A stretch of DNA of 13,742 nucleotides. It comes from an uncultured cyanobacterium (GTDB taxonomy: Bacteria; Cyanobacteriota; Cyanobacteriia; Cyanobacteriales; Cyanobacteriaceae). A program made the translations under genes and the position numbers. The stretch covers positions 1 through 13,742 of the forward strand of contig CAVVOP010000007.1 in the NCBI GenBank assembly GCA_963749915.1, read 5' to 3'. This document shows positions 9,349-13,742 of the stretch, one piece after another. Each line of letters begins with the position of its first letter. Positions within the stretch are counted from its first letter, which is position 1. Below the pieces are notes generated by a model that was not told the DNA's origin, made no database searches, and saw nothing but the letters and a program-made list of their open reading frames with translations.

Positions 9349-9669
9349 GCTGTTCTTTCGTGGGTCTTTCGGGCTCTTTGTGCTGTGGTTTCTTTCCGTT
9401 GTGTTTCTGGTTCTGCGTTGGCTTGTTCTGCGGCGTCTTGGTGGTTGCGTCCGGGGCGTTCTGGTGGTGGCTTCCGTTTGGTTGCCCGTTTTCCTTCCTT
9501 GGCTTTGGCTTCTTTGTTTGCTCGGCGCTGGGCTGGTACTTGTGGTTTCTCGGCGGTGGCGGTTCGTCCTTGTCCTGCTGTTGCGGGGTGCTGGGTTGTG
9601 TCCGTTCCCGTTGTTGTTCCTGCGTCCTCTGTGGTTCGTGGGTGGGGTGCTTGGGCTTCTCTTCCCTAG
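9349..9669 (+). CDS. Adenine-free hypothetical gene, 5'-truncated by ISKra4 (106 aa remain, almost only A/V/S/G/R/C/W/F/P/L)
   Basis: Frame GCT GTT CTT TCG TGG...CTT CCC TAG. The only adenines are 9538 (ACT, Thr) and 9668 (stop codon). An intrinsic terminator follows directly. No start codon is assignable because the IS end abuts it. Confidence 0.65.
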   Translation, partial: AVLSWVFRALCAVVSFRCVSGSALACSAASWWLRPGRSGGGFRLVARFPSLALASLFARRWAGTCGFSAVAVRPCPAVAGCWVVSVPVVVPASSVVRGWGAWASLP

Positions 9670-9676
9670 TGGCTCT

Positions 9677-9705
9677 GGTGGGGGTTGTTGCCCCTGCTTT
9701 TTTTT
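9677..9705 (+). terminator. Rho-independent terminator, itself adenine-free
   Basis: Stem GGTGGGGG (9677-9684), loop TTGTTG, stem CCCCTGCT (9691-9698) with three G-U pairs, then T8 (9698-9705). It starts 8 nt after the TAG. Confidence 0.8.
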
Positions 9706-9720
9706 GTCGTTAAACTTTAA

Positions 9721-9744
9721 CTGCCCTTCTGCCTCCTGCCTTCT
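9721..9744. repeat. Short degenerate heptamer-like tandem repeat (CTGCCYY), resembling cyanobacterial short tandem repeats
   Basis: CTGCCCTT CTGCCTC CTGCCTT CT. Confidence 0.5.
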
Positions 9745-9976
9745 TTAAGATCCCAAGTATATGTGATACATACAATAATTTTAGGGTATGCTAATCAAAC
9801 TTAAGACCACAGGAGCGGTAGGGCGATCGCTTTGAAGTTATCTTTCATAATTCATCATTCAAAACAGATACATCCCAGAGGAATCATCAGGTTTAGCATG
9901 AAGGTACCTCTCAGCGGCCTTCTTCTTATTATTTACGATAGGATAATAAAAAAGAGTAAATGATAAAATCACAAAA

Positions 9977-10165
9977 ATGCCAAGACTAAAAAGTTGGGAA
10001 TCTCCTCGTCGTCAAGGAAGAAACGACAAAGGAAAAGGAGGGTCAGCTAGAAAGCGACAACTCAAAAAACGACAACAAATGTTACGTAATCAATTAAAAG
10101 GAAATGGGGAAGGGAAAATAATCTCTTCCCTTTTTCAATGCCGATCTAATTTCCCAGAAATATAA
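9977..10165 (+). CDS. Small, highly basic hypothetical protein (62 aa) directly upstream of the recombinase
   Basis: ATG start after an AT-rich spacer. K/R-rich sequence MPRLKSWESPRRQGRNDKGKGGSARKRQLKKRQQMLR. Same strand as, and 62 nt before, the recombinase. Confidence 0.65.
   Translation: MPRLKSWESPRRQGRNDKGKGGSARKRQLKKRQQMLRNQLKGNGEGKIISSLFQCRSNFPEI
10106..10136 (+). terminator. Terminator-like hairpin inside the 3' part of the small basic ORF
   Basis: AAGGGAA (10110-10116) pairs with TTCCCTT (10126-10132), running into T5 (10131-10135). Confidence 0.45.
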
Positions 10166-10227
10166 AGAAGTGAGGAAGAAAAGTGATTAAATAAAACGTG
10201 ATAATTGAATTATGGACGAGTTAAATT

Positions 10228-11295
10228 ATGCTCGAGTTAACAGAAAATCTCCATCCTGATTCCCTCAAACTAGCTGTACCTATTCCTGTTACTATACATC
10301 CAGCGGCTGTTTATCTGGGGGGGTTGAAAAATAATTCCTATCGAACCATGAAATATTGTCTCGATACCATCGCTTCTATCTTGACTGATGACCATTGTGA
10401 TTCTCTGACTCTTGATTGGAGTAAGTTGCGTTATCATCATACTGCGGCACTACGTTCCGCTTTAATTGCTCAATTTAGTCCCATGACCGTTAATCTCATG
10501 TTATCGGCTTTACGCAGGGTCTTGTTAGAAGCTTATAAATTAGATTTAATGGAGTTGCCAGTTTATCAAAAAGTTATCGATTTACCTAATCTCACTGGTT
10601 CGGGTCAGGGCAAACGCACACATTTCTTTATATTTTAATAAGTGTTACAATTACGAATGAGATTTCAAAGTTTTCACAATTGGCGATCGCCTATTACTAA
10701 ATAAAAACTTTATTAATTACTTCAAGTAACATTAATTCCTGTGTTAAACTGTTTTTCTGAAACCATTATCTGGTAAGCTTTTAGTTGTTTGACTAATTTG
10801 TTAAGTTTTGTGTGCGTTTGCCCTGGGTTCGGGTGAACCAAAAGGAAGGGCTTTAAATGTCGATGAGATTCAAGCTATTATCGCTACTTGTGAAGGGAAT
10901 GAGCCGAAAAATGTTCGCGACCGAGCAATGATCGGGGTCTTACGGGGTGGTGGTTTACGGCGAAGCGAGTTAGTCAATTTAGAGTTAAAAGATTTGCATC
11001 TGAAAACAGAACAATTATTGATACGTCTTGCTAAAGGACAAAAAACTCGTCAGGTTTATTTACCCCAAGAGGCTGTGTTATTTCTGCAACAACGGCTGGA
11101 ATTACGGGGATTAGAAGATGGTGCTTTATTTTGTCGTATTCGTCGAGGGGGACATCTACAAATGGGAAAAATGCACCCGGATGCTATTTGGCGAATGCTC
11201 AAAAAACGTGCTCAAGGAGCGGGAATTCAATCCTGTAGTCCTCACGATTTGAGAAGAACTTTTTGTAGTGATTTACTCGATGCTGGTGTTGATAT
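10228..11295 (+). pseudogene. Tyrosine recombinase/integrase, interrupted by a MITE and cut before the catalytic Tyr by IS1634
   Basis: N-terminal core-binding region (HPAAVYL..L...S.RTM, W..LRY.HT.ALR, TVN.MLSALR.VL). After removing 10606-10834 the frame is continuous (PNLTGSG|EPKGRAL) through RDRAM, GLRRSEL, KGQK.R and PHDLRRTF. It stops matching at LLDAGVDI; the GH...Y box is absent. Confidence 0.92.
10606..10825. mobile_element. 220-bp non-autonomous MITE with ISAs1-like ends
   Basis: Perfect 17-bp terminal inverted repeats CAGGGCAAACGCACACA (10606-10622) and TGTGTGCGTTTGCCCTG (10809-10825). 9-bp target duplication GGTTCGGGT (10597-10605 and 10826-10834). AT-rich non-coding interior with one HIP1. 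The family call rests on recalled similarity of the CAGGGC ends. Confidence 0.93.
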
Positions 11296-12386
11296 CCTAC
11301 ATTCAGCAGGTTATTTAGGACAAAAAATAATATTTGCGGGAGGAAGCGCCAAGAAACTGCAAAATTAGATTCTGTCTATCGGAGAGTTTAATCTGAAACT
11401 TAAGATTGTTAAAAAAGACTAAATGAACAGAGAGAAAACACTGAAGAATCCAACGTAAGGTAGGACGAGCCGTTGGATTACCCTTTTGGTCAGGGAGAGA
11501 AGCATTGGCTTGTGCTAAAGCGAGTCTGAGTTGACGCTGCCCCAAAGTATAGACCATAAGAGCAAGAGTCATCAGCATAGCAAGAGCCATAATCCGCTTA
11601 GAATTTTTGAGAAAGACACTAGAAGCAAAGAACAAAGGATCTTTGAGAAAGCGAAAACCCCGTTCGGTAGGTTGCTGTCCTTTGTACTCCCGTAAGATAT
11701 CGCTATTCGCCCATTTTTCAGAATCAACAGAGTTAGTGGCAAGAATGAAACGCCCAGCTTGTTTTCCCATGGCAGCAACAGTGACTGGATTCTCAATTAA
11801 AACAGCTTGAATATGCCAAGAATTATGCGTGGGTTGCTGCCTCTGAATTAGGACGACCTCTTCGCGAATAATGAGGTTGAGATACAATTTGCAATTCATT
11901 GAGATTGTGGTATTTGAGAGTTTTCTCAAATTCGGTAACTGCACTGAGAGCATCCGCTTCACAGGCAAAGCTTTTATTCATTAAGCTTTTAAGCGCTTTC
12001 TCTTTCTCATTTAGTGCTTTCTCGATCTTTTTTGCTCCTGTTTTCAAATCTGCTTCCATGGGTTGAAGACTTTCAACTACTATCCATTGCTGCTTGATTC
12101 CTGCATAAGTGCTACAGACAGCACAAAAACGATAGCCTTTTTTGTCATATCGTTCGCTAAATTGTTCGGATGACAAGCTTTCAATTATTTCCTGTGCTGC
12201 TTTTAAGGTTGTGGGTACTCGGCTAATCCATTCAATGCTATTCCCAAATTCTTGCAGATTTGCTTCGCTATAAAATGCTGCATCCATTACATATAATTCT
12301 GGTTGCTCTCCTTCCCATTCTGCACGAAATGCCTTGATTACTTCTGGAAATGCGCTCTGGTCTGTTTTGTTCCCATTTCCTACATT
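11296..12386 (-). mobile_element. IS1634-family element, 3' part; inserted in the recombinase and itself interrupted by ISH3
   Basis: Terminus CCTACATTCAGCA at about 11296, 19 nt beyond the transposase stop and exactly where recombinase similarity ends. Confidence 0.85.
11315..12386 (-). pseudogene. IS1634-family transposase, C-terminal ~357 codons, with a +1 frameshift near 11840
   Basis: The frame is open from 12386 (NVGNGNKTDQ..F...YVMDAAFYS..NL, WISRVP, YAGIKQQWIVVES, FACEADA, RGRP). The second frame has AGRFILATN, YKGQQ.TERGFRFLKDPLFFASSVFLK and PTLRWILQCF. Deleting one base at 11840-11841 gives RPNSEQQPTHNSW. Confidence 0.9.
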
Positions 12387-13742
12387 CAGTAGATCGAAAG
12401 GAAAAAAAATAAAGAGATTATTGGGACATAAGTACTAAGTAAAGGGTTCTATTTTAGAGGATAATGAAGAAATAGTATAATTAAAATTTATATTTTTTAT
12501 CCCATGAAGCAAAAATATAATAATCAACAAGAAAAACTGGTTTTAACTGATCAAGAAACCTTAACACAAGTAGTAGATTGTCTCAATGAAAATATTTCTT
12601 TAAACGACCATGGTAAAAGGAAAAATAATGATTTATTTCTGGTTTTAGTAAGAGCCGCTTCGACCCAAAATACTATAGAAAATTCTTCTAAAGAATTAAA
12701 ATTAGCAACTTGTGGAAATAATATTCGATTTCATCTCAAAAAAATATCTGATTTCTTAAAATTAGAAAAAGAAATTAATACAGCATTAAAAAATCAAATT
12801 CCTTCTGGATTAAAAAATAATTGTTTAAATGTAGCAGTTGATTTTAATTTGATTGGTTATTATGGGGAACCCAATCAAGAAGAAAAACCTTATATTTGTA
12901 GAAGTCAAGCAAAAAATGGAACTTGTTCTTTTTATGGATATGCAACGATATATACGATTAAAAAAAATAAAAGAGTAACTTTAGGAATTAGAGCGATTCG
13001 AGTGAAAGAAACGAAGGTTTGTATCTTAACTCATTTGTTATCAGAATTATCGAGTTTAAATATAAAGATAGAAAAATTATATTTGGATAGAGAATTTTTC
13101 AGCATATCAATAATTAGATGGTTACAAGCATTAGAAATACCCTTCATTATTCCTGCTATTAGAAGAGGAAAAAAAGCAGGAATAAAACAATTTATGAGAG
13201 GAAGAAAAAGCTATGAGACTAATTATAAAATGTTAAAAAATGAAGAAGACTATGTAGATTGTCGCCTAGCAATAATTGTTAAATATAAAAAAGGAAAAAG
13301 AGGAAAAAAAGGAAGAGAATACTATATTTATGTAATAAATAACATTAAGATAAATATAGAGCAAATTCATTCTTGTTACCGAAAAAGATTTGGTATTGAA
13401 AGTAGTTATAGAATGAAAAATGTTTGTAGAATTAGAACGACAACAAAAAAACCAGTTTGGAGACTATTATTTGTAGGAATATCATTTTTATTAGTTAATA
13501 TATGGGTAAAAATATTATGGAAAAAAGTAAGTAAGCCAAGAAAAGGAGGAAGATTAGTCTATAATAAAATATTTTCTTTAAAACAAATGTTATCTTTTCT
13601 CAACCACACAATAGAAAGAATTTTTCAGGTAGAAACCAATGTTTATATACCAACAATATCAAACTAAAAATAATATAAGTAAATATTATATCAGTAGGTA
13701 AGACACAATGAAATCTAAAATCAGTAAAATTTTTATTTCGAT
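12387..13742 (+). mobile_element. ISH3-family insertion sequence; the right tip lies about 6 nt beyond the window
   Basis: Left end CAGTAGATCGAAAGGAAAAA at 12387, where the IS1634 frame breaks. The window ends TTTTTATTTCGAT, the inverse of ATCGAAA..AAAA. Confidence 0.85.
12504..13667 (+). CDS. ISH3-family (IS4-like DDE) transposase, intact, 387 aa
   Basis: VAVDFNLIGYYG, RSQAKNGTCSFYGYATIY, LYLDREFFS and YRKRFGIESSYR (YREK-like motif). The ORF is uninterrupted. Confidence 0.92.
   Translation: MKQKYNNQQEKLVLTDQETLTQVVDCLNENISLNDHGKRKNNDLFLVLVRAASTQNTIENSSKELKLATCGNNIRFHLKKISDFLKLEKEINTALKNQIPSGLKNNCLNVAVDFNLIGYYGEPNQEEKPYICRSQAKNGTCSFYGYATIYTIKKNKRVTLGIRAIRVKETKVCILTHLLSELSSLNIKIEKLYLDREFFSISIIRWLQALEIPFIIPAIRRGKKAGIKQFMRGRKSYETNYKMLKNEEDYVDCRLAIIVKYKKGKRGKKGREYYIYVINNIKINIEQIHSCYRKRFGIESSYRMKNVCRIRTTTKKPVWRLLFVGISFLLVNIWVKILWKKVSKPRKGGRLVYNKIFSLKQMLSFLNHTIERIFQVETNVYIPTISN

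Noticed and set aside
9349..9711. Diversity-generating retroelement variable region as the cause of adenine loss
   Set aside because: No reverse transcriptase and no template/variable repeat pair in the window, and the tract is longer and more completely A-free than expected. It cannot be excluded genome-wide; a search for a near copy differing only at A positions would decide.
9314..9748. Overlapping ORFs 9314-9748 and 9336-9713
   Set aside because: A-free DNA cannot contain stop codons, so all frames are open. These two start inside the IS and read through the terminator, whereas the chosen frame stops just before it.
9757..9773. NtcA box (GTA-N8-TAC)
   Set aside because: Spacing is N7 or N11, not N8.
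11572..11810. Short ORFs 11572-11796 (-) and 11607-11810 (+)
   Set aside because: Off-frame or antisense within the IS1634 transposase.
12379..12389. CCTACATTCAG, identical to the IS1634 end at 11296-11306
   Set aside because: Direct rather than inverted orientation, and formed by transposase codons (NVG) plus the first three bases of ISH3. Most likely a junction coincidence.

Overview
AT-rich, apparently cyanobacterial DNA (three HIP1 GCGATCGC octamers, a Uma2-family gene, cyanobacterial-type IS ends) from a heavily rearranged accessory region. About half of the window is insertion sequence: IS5, a 5'-truncated IS701, ISKra4, IS1634, ISH3, and a 220-bp ISAs1-like MITE. The non-IS content is (i) a Uma2 endonuclease-fold gene; (ii) a GT2 glycosyltransferase followed by a coupled, divergent murA-murB pair, more likely making a lactyl-ether sugar for a surface polysaccharide than peptidoglycan (inference); and (iii) a decayed module of an almost adenine-free gene with its terminator, a small basic ORF and a tyrosine recombinase that is disrupted twice. 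The most striking signal is 9349-9711: 363 nt with only two adenines on the + strand, one of them in the stop codon. Four genes each carry a single extra base, which may be real decay or sequencing error. Family assignments come from motif recognition only; no database searches were run.
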